DNA of 64,000 nt from an uncultured Candidatus Rokubacteria bacterium (GCA_963754315.1 CAVWFS010000001.1:64001-128000), one strand, 5' to 3'. Counted from the stretch's first letter, positions 9,746-19,447 are shown. Numbers and translations are program-made. Notes: a model not told the origin generated them from the sequence alone.

Positions 9746-10920
9746 CGGCGCGCCGCTCGTTCGAGCTCCTCGCCACCGACGGGCTGGCCCGGCGCGGACG
9801 GCTGGCCACGAGGCACGGAGTCGTGGACACGCCTGCGTTCATGCCGGTGGGAACGCGGGGGACGGTGAAGAGCCTCAGCCCTGACGACCTCCAGGAAAGC
9901 GGCGCCCAGATCGTCCTCGCCAACACTTACCATTTGCTTCTACGCCCGGGTCCCGACCTTGTCCGCGAACTAGGCGGCCTCCACACGTTCATGGGTTGGG
10001 ATGGTCCCATCCTGACCGACTCTGGGGGGTTTCAGGTGTTCAGCTTATCGAAGCTCAGGCGCATCACGGAAGACGGCGTGTGTTTTCGGTCTCCGCTGGA
10101 CGGGACGGAGCACGCGCTGTCACCGGAACTGGTCATTGCCATCCAGCAGACGCTGGGCTCCGACATCATGATGCCGCTCGACGAGTGCCTCGCCTACCCC
10201 GCCTCGCATGAGGCCACCGCGGCATCGCTCGCACTCACGATGCGCTGGGCACGTCGGGCACAGGCTGCCGCCCAGGGGGAGGGTGCCGTCTCCGGGCAGA
10301 TGCTGTTCGGGATCGTGCAAGGTGGGAGCTTTCCCGATCTTCGCCGCCGAGCCGTCGAGGAGACGGTAGCCCTCGGCTTCGAGGGTTACGCCATCGGCGG
10401 CATGGCCGTGGGCGAACCCAAACCCCTCCTGCACGATCTGACTGAGCTGACGGCGACCGTGCTGCCCTCCGACAGCCCTCGCTATCTGATGGGGGTGGGG
10501 AAGCCCGAAGACTTGGTGGAGGCCGTGGCGCGAGGCGTGGACATGTTCGACTGCGTGCTCCCCACCCGCAACGCGCGGAACGGCCAGGTATTCACGGCCG
10601 ATGGTCCGCTGTCGATCAAGCAGGCGAGGTTTGCGCGAGATCCCGCACCTCTCGAGGACGGGTGCGGCTGCTACGGCTGCCGGCGATTCTCTCGCGCCTA
10701 TCTCCGCCACCTGTGGACGTCGCGCGAGCTGCTCGCCTACCGCATCCTCTCGCTGCACAATCTGCATTTCTTCGCTCGCCTCATGGCGGGCATCCGGGAA
10801 GCCATTGACGGAGGGAGCTTCCAAGCATTCAGGGCTCGGTTTTTCGCCCGATATGCAGTATTATCCGTGGCGCTCGGTTGCATCCCCGAAGGTGGACACA
10901 TCTCCGAGAGGGAGGCCTAA
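9742..10920 (+). CDS. tgt: tRNA-guanine(34) transglycosylase
   Basis: TPAFMPVGT, LANTYHL, TDSGGFQVFSL, DMFDCVLPTRNARNG, CxCxxC..H zinc site. Confidence 0.98.
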   Translation: MTARRSFELLATDGLARRGRLATRHGVVDTPAFMPVGTRGTVKSLSPDDLQESGAQIVLANTYHLLLRPGPDLVRELGGLHTFMGWDGPILTDSGGFQVFSLSKLRRITEDGVCFRSPLDGTEHALSPELVIAIQQTLGSDIMMPLDECLAYPASHEATAASLALTMRWARRAQAAAQGEGAVSGQMLFGIVQGGSFPDLRRRAVEETVALGFEGYAIGGMAVGEPKPLLHDLTELTATVLPSDSPRYLMGVGKPEDLVEAVARGVDMFDCVLPTRNARNGQVFTADGPLSIKQARFARDPAPLEDGCGCYGCRRFSRAYLRHLWTSRELLAYRILSLHNLHFFARLMAGIREAIDGGSFQAFRARFFARYAVLSVALGCIPEGGHISEREA

Positions 10921-10925
10921 TTTCC

Positions 10926-11270
10926 ATGATGCTTGCGCACGGCGCCGAGCTCGTGTTTGCCGGTGCGGCACCGCCGGGCGGCAGCGGCTCGAGTGCCATG
11001 GTCACCCAACTGTTGTTCTTTGCCGCGATCTTCGCCATTTTCTACTTCCTGCTCATACGGCCCCAGCAGAAGCAAAAGGCCGACCGGCAGCGAATGCTCG
11101 GCAGTCTCAAGCGGGGCGACAAGGTCGTGACCACGGGCGGGCTGCACGGAACGGTGATCGGATTGACGGAACAGACGGTGACCCTGCGGGTCTCCGATCA
11201 AGTGAAGCTCGATTTCGACCGCGCCGCGGTGGGACGAGTGGTGGCCCAGCAGAGCGACAAGGATGCCTAG
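10926..11270 (+). CDS. yajC: Preprotein translocase subunit YajC
   Basis: FYFLLIRPQQK, LKRGDKVVTTGGLHG; SD GGAGG before 10926. Confidence 0.95.
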   Translation: MMLAHGAELVFAGAAPPGGSGSSAMVTQLLFFAAIFAIFYFLLIRPQQKQKADRQRMLGSLKRGDKVVTTGGLHGTVIGLTEQTVTLRVSDQVKLDFDRAAVGRVVAQQSDKDA

Positions 11271-12819
11271 AAACGTATGGACCCGGGCCGCCATCGTGGC
11301 GGCCGTGGTTCTCCTGTCCGTCTGGTACCTGTACCCGCCCAAGAAGACGATCAATCTCGGTCTGGACTTGCAGGGGGGGATTCATCTCGTGCTCGGCGTG
11401 GAGACGGAGAAGGCCCTGGTCGCTCAGACCGATCGTCTGGCTGCCGATTTCAAGAATGCGCTCGAGCGCAAGGGCATCGCCGTGTCCCGTGTGGCCCGCG
11501 AAGGCGATACCGCCTTCGCGGTCCAGCTCGCCTCACCGCAGAGCTGGAACGATGTCCTCACCGTGGTCGGAGACTTCCCCAGCCTTGAGCGACGGGGCGA
11601 GGATCAGGCGGCCGGCCGCCTGGTCCTGGCCATGCGCGCGAGCGAGGTATCCCGGCTGCGCGACGACTTCGTCCGCCAGGCCGTGGAGACGATCCGCAAC
11701 CGGGTCGATCAGTTCGGCGTGGCGGAGCCCGTCATCACCCGCCAGGGCGACAATCGGATCCTCGTGCAGCTTCCCGGGCTGCAGGATCCCGCGCGCGCCA
11801 AGGCTCTCATCGGCAAGACGGCCCTCCTCGAATTCAAGCTCGTCGATGATCAGACCCCAGTCGACCAGGCCGTCGCCGGGCGCCTGCCAGAGAGCGCCGA
11901 ACTCCTCACCCAGCGCCGGGTGGACAAGGACGCTAAGACCGAGCAGAAGATACCGGTCGTCGTCCAGAAGCGGGCACTGTTGACGGGGGCTGAGCTCACG
12001 CGCGCCGAAGTCTCGGCCGACCCCAATGCGCCGGGCAATTGGCAGGTCGCCATCGAGTTCAATCCGGAGGGAGCCAGGCGCTTTGGCGAGGTTACCGAGC
12101 GCAACGTCGGCAAGCAGCTGGCCATCGTCTTGGATGGCAACGTGTACTCGGCCCCTCGCATCAATGAGCGAATCCCGGCCGGCCGGGCGGTCATTACGGG
12201 ACAATTCACCGTCGAGGAGGCGCGTGATCTGGCCATCGTCCTGCGGGCGGGTGCGCTGCCCGCGCCCGTCCAGATCCTCGAGGAACGGACGGTGGGCCCT
12301 TCGCTGGGGGCGGATTCGATCCGGCAGGGGATGATCGCCATCGGCATCTCGGCCCTGGTCGTGTTCCTGTTCATGCTCATCTACTACCGCGTATCGGGAT
12401 TGATCGCCGACATCGCCCTCGGCCTGAATCTTCTCATTCTGTTGGCGGCCATGGCGGCGTTCGGGGCCACCCTCACGCTGCCTGGCATCGCGGGCATCGC
12501 GCTCACCATCGGCATGGCCGTGGACACCAACATCCTCATCTTCGAGCGCATTCGCGAGGAGCTTCGCGTGGGCAAGACCGTGCGCGGAGCCATCGAGGCC
12601 GGCTTTAACCGGGCCTTTCGGACCATCATCGACACGCACGTGACCGTGCTGGTGACGGCGGCCATCCTCTACAACTTCGGCACCGGTCCCGTGAAGGGCT
12701 TTGCCGTCTCGCTCTTCGTGGGACTCACGGCGAGCCTCTTCACGGCGGTCTTCTTCACCCGCCTTCTCTTCGATCTTCTGTACATGACGCGGCGCCGGGT
12801 CGAAGCGATCTCCATATGA
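11263..12819 (+). CDS. secD: Protein translocase subunit SecD
   Basis: LGLDLQGG, RVDQFGVAEP, LRAGALPAP, VGPSLG, TLPGIAG, GMAVDTNILIFERIREE. Confidence 0.98.
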   Translation: MPRNVWTRAAIVAAVVLLSVWYLYPPKKTINLGLDLQGGIHLVLGVETEKALVAQTDRLAADFKNALERKGIAVSRVAREGDTAFAVQLASPQSWNDVLTVVGDFPSLERRGEDQAAGRLVLAMRASEVSRLRDDFVRQAVETIRNRVDQFGVAEPVITRQGDNRILVQLPGLQDPARAKALIGKTALLEFKLVDDQTPVDQAVAGRLPESAELLTQRRVDKDAKTEQKIPVVVQKRALLTGAELTRAEVSADPNAPGNWQVAIEFNPEGARRFGEVTERNVGKQLAIVLDGNVYSAPRINERIPAGRAVITGQFTVEEARDLAIVLRAGALPAPVQILEERTVGPSLGADSIRQGMIAIGISALVVFLFMLIYYRVSGLIADIALGLNLLILLAAMAAFGATLTLPGIAGIALTIGMAVDTNILIFERIREELRVGKTVRGAIEAGFNRAFRTIIDTHVTVLVTAAILYNFGTGPVKGFAVSLFVGLTASLFTAVFFTRLLFDLLYMTRRRVEAISI

Positions 12820-12853
12820 ACCCGTTCATGGCCACCGGCCGGCTTCTGGTCCC

Positions 12854-13831
12854 ATGATTGAGCTGTTCCGCAATCCCAGCTTCGACTTCATCGGGAAGCG
12901 CAAGTGGGCGTACATCGTCTCGGGCATCGCGATACTCATCTGCGTGATATCCCTGCTCACGCAGGGTCTCCGCTACGACGTGGACTTCACGGGCGGCACC
13001 CTGGTTCAGGTACGCTTTGAGCAGGCTCCCTCCGTCGACCGGATTCGGGCCGCTCTCGCCCGGGTTGGTCTTGGCGAAGTTTCCATCCAGGAGTTCGGCG
13101 ATCCGCACGAATTCATCACGCGCCTGCCCTTGACCGGTGCTTCGTCCGAGGAAGTCACGCGGAAGATCCAAGACGTCCTGGGGGCCGACGCCTCCCTCGG
13201 GAAGTTCGAGATCAGGCGGGTGGAGTATGTCGGTCCCCAGGTTGGCCGGGAGCTGCAGCGTCAGGCCATCTATGCCGTGCTGGCCGGAATGGTGGGCATC
13301 CTGCTCTATATCGCTCTCCGCTTCGACCTCAAGGGTGGGGTGGCCGCCATTGTGGCCGTGGTGCACGACGTGCTGATATGCCTGGGCGCCATCTCCCTCA
13401 CGCACCGAGAGTTCTCGCTCCCGGTGCTGGCCGCCCTTCTGACCATCATCGGCTATTCGGTCAACGACACCATCGTGGCCTACGACCGCCTGCGCGAGAA
13501 TCGCGGCAAGATGCTCCAGCGGGGCCGGTCCTTCGTGCTGCAGATGAACGAGGCGGTGAACCAGACCCTTTCCCGCACCGTCCTCACCTCGCTGACCACC
13601 TTCATGGCCACCGCCATCTTGCTCTTCTTCGGCGGCAAGGTCCTCGAGGACTTCGCCTTCGTGCTGTTTGTCGGCATCATCACGGGTACGTACTCGACGA
13701 TCTACGTGGCGGGTGCCCTCGTGGTCGACTGGACGTTGTACGTGGAAGGCCGGCTGCGCCGCTCGCGGCCTGGGCGGGGAGCCGGGGGTACCACTGCCTC
13801 CAGCGGAAAAAAGGCCGTCGCCAAGGCCTGA
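12854..13831 (+). CDS. secF: Protein translocase subunit SecF
   Basis: DFTGGT, VGPQVGREL, HDV, IGYSVNDTIVAYDRLREN, TLSRT, GTYSTI. Confidence 0.97.
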   Translation: MIELFRNPSFDFIGKRKWAYIVSGIAILICVISLLTQGLRYDVDFTGGTLVQVRFEQAPSVDRIRAALARVGLGEVSIQEFGDPHEFITRLPLTGASSEEVTRKIQDVLGADASLGKFEIRRVEYVGPQVGRELQRQAIYAVLAGMVGILLYIALRFDLKGGVAAIVAVVHDVLICLGAISLTHREFSLPVLAALLTIIGYSVNDTIVAYDRLRENRGKMLQRGRSFVLQMNEAVNQTLSRTVLTSLTTFMATAILLFFGGKVLEDFAFVLFVGIITGTYSTIYVAGALVVDWTLYVEGRLRRSRPGRGAGGTTASSGKKAVAKA

Positions 13832-13872
13832 GCGGGTGTATTCCTATATGATTACCCGGAGGGTGAGGCGGC

Positions 13873-16038
13873 GTGGCGCAGCTGCAGACGCTGATCGAGC
13901 AAATCCCCAAGTACCAGCCGGGGGCCGACCTGGACCTGGTGACGAGGGCCTATCGGTTCTCTGAGGCCTCGCACCAAGGCCAGCAGCGTGCCTCCGGCGA
14001 ACCCTACCTGTCGCATCCCCTCGAAGTCGCCAACCTCCTCGTCAACTTCAAGATGGACGTCACCACGGTGACGGCTGGCCTCCTGCACGACGTCCTGGAG
14101 GACACGGCCGCCACCAAGGCCGATCTGGAGCGCGAGTTCGGGCGGGAGATAGCCGAGCTGGTGGACGGGGTGACCAAGCTTGGCAAGCTCAATTTCTCCT
14201 CGCGCGAGCAGCGGCAGGCCGAGAACTTCCGGAAGATGCTGGTCGCCATGGCGCGCGACCTGCGCGTCCTCCTCATCAAGCTGGCCGATCGCCTGCACAA
14301 CATGCGTACCCTCCAGTACCTGGCCCCCGAGAAGTCCCGCCAGATCGCCCAGGAGACCCTCGACATCTACGCGCCTCTGGCCCACCGGCTCGGCATGGCG
14401 AAGGTCAAGGCCGAGCTGGAGGACCTGGCTTTGCGCACCCTCGAACCGCAGGCCTATCTCGACCTCCAGAAGCGGGTGGCCAAGCGCCGGCTGGAGCGCG
14501 AGACCGACATCGCCCAGGTCATCGCCTTTCTGGAACGAAAGCTCGCCGAGGTGGGGATCGAATCGCAGATTCGTGGGCGTCCCAAGCATTTCTTCTCGAT
14601 CTGGAAGAAGATGCACGATCAGGGGCGTGAGTTCGACGAGATCTACGATCTCACCGCCGTGCGGGTGGTGACCAACTCCGTCCGCGACTGCTACGGAGCC
14701 CTCGGCGTGGTCCATTCGCTGTGGAAGCCCGTGCCAGGGCGCTTCAAGGACTTCATCGCGATGCCCAAGGTCAACATGTACCAGTCCCTTCACACAACGG
14801 TCATCGGCCCCAAGGGTGACCCGGTGGAGATCCAGATCCGGACGTGGGAGATGCACCGGATCGCCGAGGAAGGCATCGCCGCGCACTGGCTCTACAAGGA
14901 GAAGAAGGCCGGTAAGGACAAGGTGGACGAGTCGTTGGTGTGGCTGCGCCAGCTCCTGGAGACCAACCAGGATGTGCAGGATCCGCAGGAGCTGATGGAT
15001 GCCGTGCGGGTAGACTTGTTTCCGGACGAGGTGTACGTGTTCACGCCGAAGGGTGACGTGAAGGCCTTGCCGGACGGGGCCACCCCGCTCGACTTCGCGT
15101 ATGCGGTGCACACCAAGGTGGGGGAACGCTGCGTGGGGGCCAAGGTCAACGGCAAGCTGGTGCCCTTGCGTTACACCCTCCGGCAAGGCGATATCGTCGA
15201 GATCGTCACGTCGCCCAATCAGCACCCCAGCCGGGACTGGTTGCAGATCGTCAAGTCCTCCCGGGCCCGCTCCAAGATCAACCAGTGGCTGAAGGTCGAG
15301 GAGCGGTCTCGCTCCATCACCTTGGGACGGGAGTTCTTCGAGCGCGAGGTCAAGAAGCACCACCTCAACGCGGCGACTCTCCTCGGCAGCGAGGAGCTCA
15401 AGAAGATCGTCTCCGACCTCGGCTTCCCGTCCACCGATGACCTCCTGGCCGCCATCGGGTACGGGAAGAGTTCCGTGCACCAGCTCATCAACAAGCTGGC
15501 GCCCCACGCCATGCCCGAGCCGGCCGACAGGCCCAAGCCGGCTCCGGCCACCCGGGCCGTTCCCGACCAGGGCGTCCGCATCCGGGGTGTGGAGGATCTG
15601 CTGGTGCGCTTCGCCAAGTGCTGCACTCCGCTCCCGGGGGACCCCATCGTGGGGTTCATCACCCGTGGGCGCGGTCTCACCGTCCACAGTCGCGACTGCC
15701 TCACCGTGGCCAAGAGCGTGCTGGATCGCGAGAGGCTGATCGAGGTGGAGTGGGACGTGTCGGAGCCGGCCAAGCGACCCGTCCGCATCGCGGTCTACAT
15801 CGGAGCCGATCGCCCCGGACTCCTGTCGGAGATCACCGGGGCCATCTCGTCGCGCAACGGAAACATCACCAAGGCCGAGGTCACCGTGACCGATGACCGG
15901 AAGGGGATCAACAACTTCGTCATCGAGGTTGCCGACCTGCGCCAGCTTCAAGACATCATGTACGCGATCCGTCAGGTTCCCGACGTGATGAACGTCGAGC
16001 GCGTGCGCAACGGCGGAGGGGCTGGGGCCAAGCTCTGA
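13873..16038 (+). CDS. rel: Bifunctional (p)ppGpp synthetase/hydrolase Rel (HD-SYNTH-TGS-ACT)
   Basis: Intact HD motif LLHDVLED, RFKD synthetase motif, YQSLHT, EIQIRT, TGS DFAYAVHT, C-terminal ACT. Confidence 0.96.
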   Translation: MAQLQTLIEQIPKYQPGADLDLVTRAYRFSEASHQGQQRASGEPYLSHPLEVANLLVNFKMDVTTVTAGLLHDVLEDTAATKADLEREFGREIAELVDGVTKLGKLNFSSREQRQAENFRKMLVAMARDLRVLLIKLADRLHNMRTLQYLAPEKSRQIAQETLDIYAPLAHRLGMAKVKAELEDLALRTLEPQAYLDLQKRVAKRRLERETDIAQVIAFLERKLAEVGIESQIRGRPKHFFSIWKKMHDQGREFDEIYDLTAVRVVTNSVRDCYGALGVVHSLWKPVPGRFKDFIAMPKVNMYQSLHTTVIGPKGDPVEIQIRTWEMHRIAEEGIAAHWLYKEKKAGKDKVDESLVWLRQLLETNQDVQDPQELMDAVRVDLFPDEVYVFTPKGDVKALPDGATPLDFAYAVHTKVGERCVGAKVNGKLVPLRYTLRQGDIVEIVTSPNQHPSRDWLQIVKSSRARSKINQWLKVEERSRSITLGREFFEREVKKHHLNAATLLGSEELKKIVSDLGFPSTDDLLAAIGYGKSSVHQLINKLAPHAMPEPADRPKPAPATRAVPDQGVRIRGVEDLLVRFAKCCTPLPGDPIVGFITRGRGLTVHSRDCLTVAKSVLDRERLIEVEWDVSEPAKRPVRIAVYIGADRPGLLSEITGAISSRNGNITKAEVTVTDDRKGINNFVIEVADLRQLQDIMYAIRQVPDVMNVERVRNGGGAGAKL

Positions 16039-16042
16039 GCCC

Positions 16043-16414
16043 ATGACCCGCCGGAAGTTCGAGGCTCTCGTCGAGCGGGCTCTGCGCCGGCTCCCCCGAC
16101 GGTTCAAGACCAAGCTGGTGAACGTGGCTGTGCTGGTGGAAGACTGGCCCGACTCGAAGACCCTGGCCGATCTCGGCCTGGAGCCGCCTGATACGCTGCT
16201 CGGTCTTTACCGCGGCGTCGATCTTACGCAGCGCGACGCCAACTACGCCAACGTCCTCCCCGACACCGTCACACTCTACCAGGGACCCATCGAGGAAGAG
16301 GCGGGAGACGACCCGGCAGCCATGGCCGAGGTCGTTCGCGAGACCGTGATGCACGAGCTCGGCCACTACTTCGGCCTCGACGACGACACGCTGCACCGTA
16401 TCGAGGAGGGCTGA
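16043..16414 (+). CDS. Zincin-like metallopeptidase (DUF1025 type)
   Basis: LLGLYRG..PDTVTLYQ..VMHELGHYFG. Confidence 0.9.
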   Translation: MTRRKFEALVERALRRLPRRFKTKLVNVAVLVEDWPDSKTLADLGLEPPDTLLGLYRGVDLTQRDANYANVLPDTVTLYQGPIEEEAGDDPAAMAEVVRETVMHELGHYFGLDDDTLHRIEEG

Positions 16415-16418
16415 GACG

Positions 16419-18149
16419 ATGGGGCGCTCCCCGGCGCCCCTCCGCCCCCGGGTTCTCGTCGATCGACTGGTGGACCTTGCCCCGCGGCTGTCCTTGGCCG
16501 ATCGTCAGGCTAAGGCGTTTGTCCTCGATCAACTGGAAACGGCTGTCATCGGCGCGCCGGACGTATTGCGCCGCTATCACGAAGCGCTCTGCTATCTGCA
16601 GGCCTACCCCGATGATGCGGCGCTGCTCGTGCGCGTGGATCGCGCTCTGGCGGGGTGGGGTACCCGGATCGGCCGGATCTCGCGTCACGCGCGCGCGCAT
16701 CTCGCCGACTCCGGCATGGCCGGCACGACGCTTCGCTACCCATTCGGCCTCGCCATGGGTCGCTGGCTGGCGGCGCGTGTCCCCCGGCAGGTCCGGATCG
16801 TGTGGGGCGCCCTGGAGGAAGGCGAGCGCCTCGAGGAGACGCTTTCTCTGCTCGTCACCCGGATCGAAGGCGAAGCGTTCACCGAGGGAGGCCCCGGCTG
16901 GCGTCGGTGGCTCCGGAGCGCTGCCGGCGGCCGTCGCCTCACCGAGCTGCAGCTCCTCATCGAGATCTTCGAGCGGGCGCCCGTGAACGGACCAACGCGG
17001 GCTTGGCTGTTCGAAAGCCTCGGCCTTACCGTTGAGTGGCGCCTGTCGCCCACCGGTCCGTCCCGTACGCTCGCTCGGGTCGGGCGGCCGCCTGCGCTCA
17101 CCGCTCAGACGACGGGGCGACCCCATGCTGCGGCCCGCGGTAGACGCCGTGGATCGCGTCGTCATCTGGCACAGACGGTTCGCCGCCCGCTCCCGCTCAA
17201 GCCCGCGCCGCTCGCGCTGGCGGCCACGCTCATCGAGGCGGCTCGCATCGCCATGGCCACCCGAGCGCGCGAGCTGTTCGCGTTTTCGTACCCGAATCCT
17301 CGCGACGTGCTCGTGGCCGATCCCGAGCAAGGCTTGCGCATCGCGCTCGTCGGCCTCGAGCCCGCGCAACGACTGCCGCTGGAAGCCTACTACGCCTTCC
17401 TCGTTCTCAAGAACGGTGTGCCGGTGAGTTACGGGGGCGGATGGTATCTCTTCGAAGCCCTGGAGATGGGATTCAACGTCTTCGAGTCCTTCCGCCACGG
17501 GGAGTCAGCCCATCTGGTGGGCCAAGTCCTTCGCGTCTATCGCCAGGTCTTTGCCATGCGGGCGGTGATCGTGGATCGGTACCAGATCGGGTACCAGAAC
17601 GACGAGGCTCTTCGCTCGGGCGCCCTGTACTTCTATCAGCGACTGGGTTTTCGCCCGACCGATCTGGCTGCCCGCCGACTCCTGGAAGAAGAGGAGGTCA
17701 AGGTCGCCCGTGATCCTCGTTATCGCTCACCACAGCCCATTCTCAGGAGCCTCGCTCGGTCCGACCTCGTCCTGAGCTTGACCCGCGCCGGGCCCCCTCG
17801 GCGCGTGCGTCCGGGTGCCTTGGCCGCAACCGTGAGCGATCACGTCGCGCGACGCTACGCGGGCGATCGGCCGACGGCCGTTCGCGCGGCCATGACCCGC
17901 GTGGGCCGCATTCTGGGCGGCTGGCCCAACCGGAGTACGGCGTCCGCTCGGGCAGCGCTCGAGACGTTCGCGCTCGTGCTCGACCTTGTGCCCGATTTGG
18001 GGCAGTGGCCGAGATCCGATCGTCAGGCGCTGACGGCCATCGTCGAGGCCAAGGCAGGTCCCGACGAGCACACGTACGCGAGGTTGATGGACGCTCAGCA
18101 TCGCTTGCGCGAGGCTCTCGTCGGCGTCTTGGGGCGGGGTCGTCCGTAA
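16419..18149 (+). CDS. Uncharacterised 576-aa protein with GNAT-like C-terminal motif
   Basis: Long ORF tiling between neighbours; LKNGVPVSYGGG...ALYFYQRLGFRP. No family confidently recognised. Confidence 0.75.
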   Translation: MGRSPAPLRPRVLVDRLVDLAPRLSLADRQAKAFVLDQLETAVIGAPDVLRRYHEALCYLQAYPDDAALLVRVDRALAGWGTRIGRISRHARAHLADSGMAGTTLRYPFGLAMGRWLAARVPRQVRIVWGALEEGERLEETLSLLVTRIEGEAFTEGGPGWRRWLRSAAGGRRLTELQLLIEIFERAPVNGPTRAWLFESLGLTVEWRLSPTGPSRTLARVGRPPALTAQTTGRPHAAARGRRRGSRRHLAQTVRRPLPLKPAPLALAATLIEAARIAMATRARELFAFSYPNPRDVLVADPEQGLRIALVGLEPAQRLPLEAYYAFLVLKNGVPVSYGGGWYLFEALEMGFNVFESFRHGESAHLVGQVLRVYRQVFAMRAVIVDRYQIGYQNDEALRSGALYFYQRLGFRPTDLAARRLLEEEEVKVARDPRYRSPQPILRSLARSDLVLSLTRAGPPRRVRPGALAATVSDHVARRYAGDRPTAVRAAMTRVGRILGGWPNRSTASARAALETFALVLDLVPDLGQWPRSDRQALTAIVEAKAGPDEHTYARLMDAQHRLREALVGVLGRGRP

Positions 18150-18157
18150 GTTTTTGC

Positions 18158-18205
18158 TTGACAGTGGTTTTCAGTAGTTCTTATTGTTTCAGCAGATGCT
18201 GAAAC
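18158..18205 (+). promoter_or_regulatory. Sigma70 promoter (TTGACA-18-TATTGT) with operator palindrome GTTTCAGCA-GA-TGCTGAAAC
   Basis: TTGACA 18158-18163, TATTGT 18182-18187, perfect 9-bp inverted repeat 18186-18205, extra half-site TTTCAGTAG 18169-18177. Confidence 0.75.
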
Positions 18206-18223
18206 GAGTGGAGCCAGCGAAAC

Positions 18224-19273
18224 ATGCTCAAACTTCCAGATATTCGGGAACAGGCCGCCCAGCGGCTACGCGAGCTGTTCCCGAAGGCTCGCGCCTGGGA
18301 GGAGAGCTTCGACGCACGGGTGGGGAACCAGACCGCGAATTTGCTTGTGAAATTCCGACTTGGCGACCACGAACACATGATCGTGCTTGAGCTCAGCACC
18401 CTCGGTCAACCTCGTCAGATCCGCGCGGCAGTCACACGCCTGGATGAGCTTCGGAGGGAGATGCCCACGGCTTACCCGGCTGCAGCAGCTGTCTACATAG
18501 GGCCGGAGAGTGCGCGGATCTTGAAGTCGCACAATTTGGGATACATCGATCTCTCGGGGAACTGCCATTTGGCCCTCGAGAACGTCCTCATCGAAAAGGA
18601 AGGAAAGCGGAACACCCGAGCCTCGGCCCGCCCCCTGCGCTCGCTGTTCGCGCCGCGAGCCACCCGCGTCGTCCGTGTTCTCCTGTCGGAAGTCGGGCGA
18701 GCCTGGCGCCTTGGCGAGCTAGCCCGGGCGGCCGAAGTGAGTTTGGGGCACTCGCACAACGTCGTGAAGCGGCTGGAGGAGTTGGCCTGGCTGGAGCGGG
18801 ACACGAGCGATCGGATGCGGCTCACCAAGCCGGCCGATCTGCTCGAGAGCTGGGGAGACGCCTACACCTATCGGGAAAACGAGATCGCGTCGTATGCGGT
18901 TCCGGAGCGCATGACCCGGAAGTTTCTGGTCGAAGTTGCCCGCGCGGCCGAGGCGGAGGGGCGGCGATACGCATTGACGATGAGCGCCGGGTTGTCGCTG
19001 GTGGCGCCGCATCTCAGGATGACCGCCGTGCACGCCTACCTCGAGGGAAATCCGGCTCCGGTGGCGGCGCGGCTGGGCCTGCGCGCGGTGGCCGAGGCAG
19101 ACGGGGCTCTGCATCTGTTCGCCCCCTACGATCGAGGCGTGTTTCACGGACTGCTCGAGAAGGGTGGTCTGCGGGTTACGTCTCTGCCTCAGCTCTGGGT
19201 GGACCTCGCTCGATACGACGGCCGGGGCGCCGATCAGGCGCAACATCTCCGGCGCGAGGCGATGGGCTACTGA
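18224..19273 (+). CDS. AbiEi-like (type IV TA antitoxin / DUF2186-type) wHTH protein, orphan
   Basis: GYIDLSGNCHL, central wHTH (RAWRLGELARAAEVSLGHSHNVVKRLEE), LLESWGDAY, YALT..AG, PYDRGVF, SLPQLWVDL..GRG..QAQHL resemble this family. Confidence 0.75.
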   Translation: MLKLPDIREQAAQRLRELFPKARAWEESFDARVGNQTANLLVKFRLGDHEHMIVLELSTLGQPRQIRAAVTRLDELRREMPTAYPAAAAVYIGPESARILKSHNLGYIDLSGNCHLALENVLIEKEGKRNTRASARPLRSLFAPRATRVVRVLLSEVGRAWRLGELARAAEVSLGHSHNVVKRLEELAWLERDTSDRMRLTKPADLLESWGDAYTYRENEIASYAVPERMTRKFLVEVARAAEAEGRRYALTMSAGLSLVAPHLRMTAVHAYLEGNPAPVAARLGLRAVAEADGALHLFAPYDRGVFHGLLEKGGLRVTSLPQLWVDLARYDGRGADQAQHLRREAMGY

Positions 19274-19316
19274 CCGGATGAACTGCGCGGGCGACGGGAA
19301 GGAGGTGAGTTGATCC

Positions 19317-19355
19317 GTGGCGAAGAAGAAGGCGGCCAAGAAGAAGAAGAAGTAA
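19317..19355 (+). CDS. Lysine-rich micropeptide 1 (MAKKKAAKKKKK, 12 aa)
   Basis: SD AAGGAGGTGA 19299-19308, 8 nt spacer, GTG start, TAA stop. Confidence 0.7.
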   Translation: MAKKKAAKKKKK

Positions 19356-19405
19356 CGCGTCGAGACGCCCGTTCGATCGTCCCAGGAGAGGAGGTGAGAC
19401 ACTCG

Positions 19406-19447
19406 ATGAAGAAGAAGGCTACCAAGAAGAAGGCGAAGAAGAAGTAA
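19406..19447 (+). CDS. Lysine-rich micropeptide 2 (MKKKATKKKAKKK, 13 aa)
   Basis: SD AGGAGGTGA 19389-19397, 8 nt spacer, ATG start, TAA stop. Confidence 0.72.
   Translation: MKKKATKKKAKKK

Noticed and set aside
13852..16113. 753-aa minus-strand ORF, and similar long antisense ORFs (e.g. 23083-24354, 31004-32566, 52254-53723)
   Set aside because: They are shadows of well-supported genes on the opposite strand, as expected in high-GC DNA, and show no recognisable motifs.
19317..19447. Micro-ORFs as a lysine attenuator leader or a simple AAG microsatellite
   Set aside because: No lysine biosynthesis or transport gene lies downstream (the next gene is convergent rpmB). The AAG runs are in frame, interrupted by whole Ala/Thr codons and bracketed by SD/start/stop twice.
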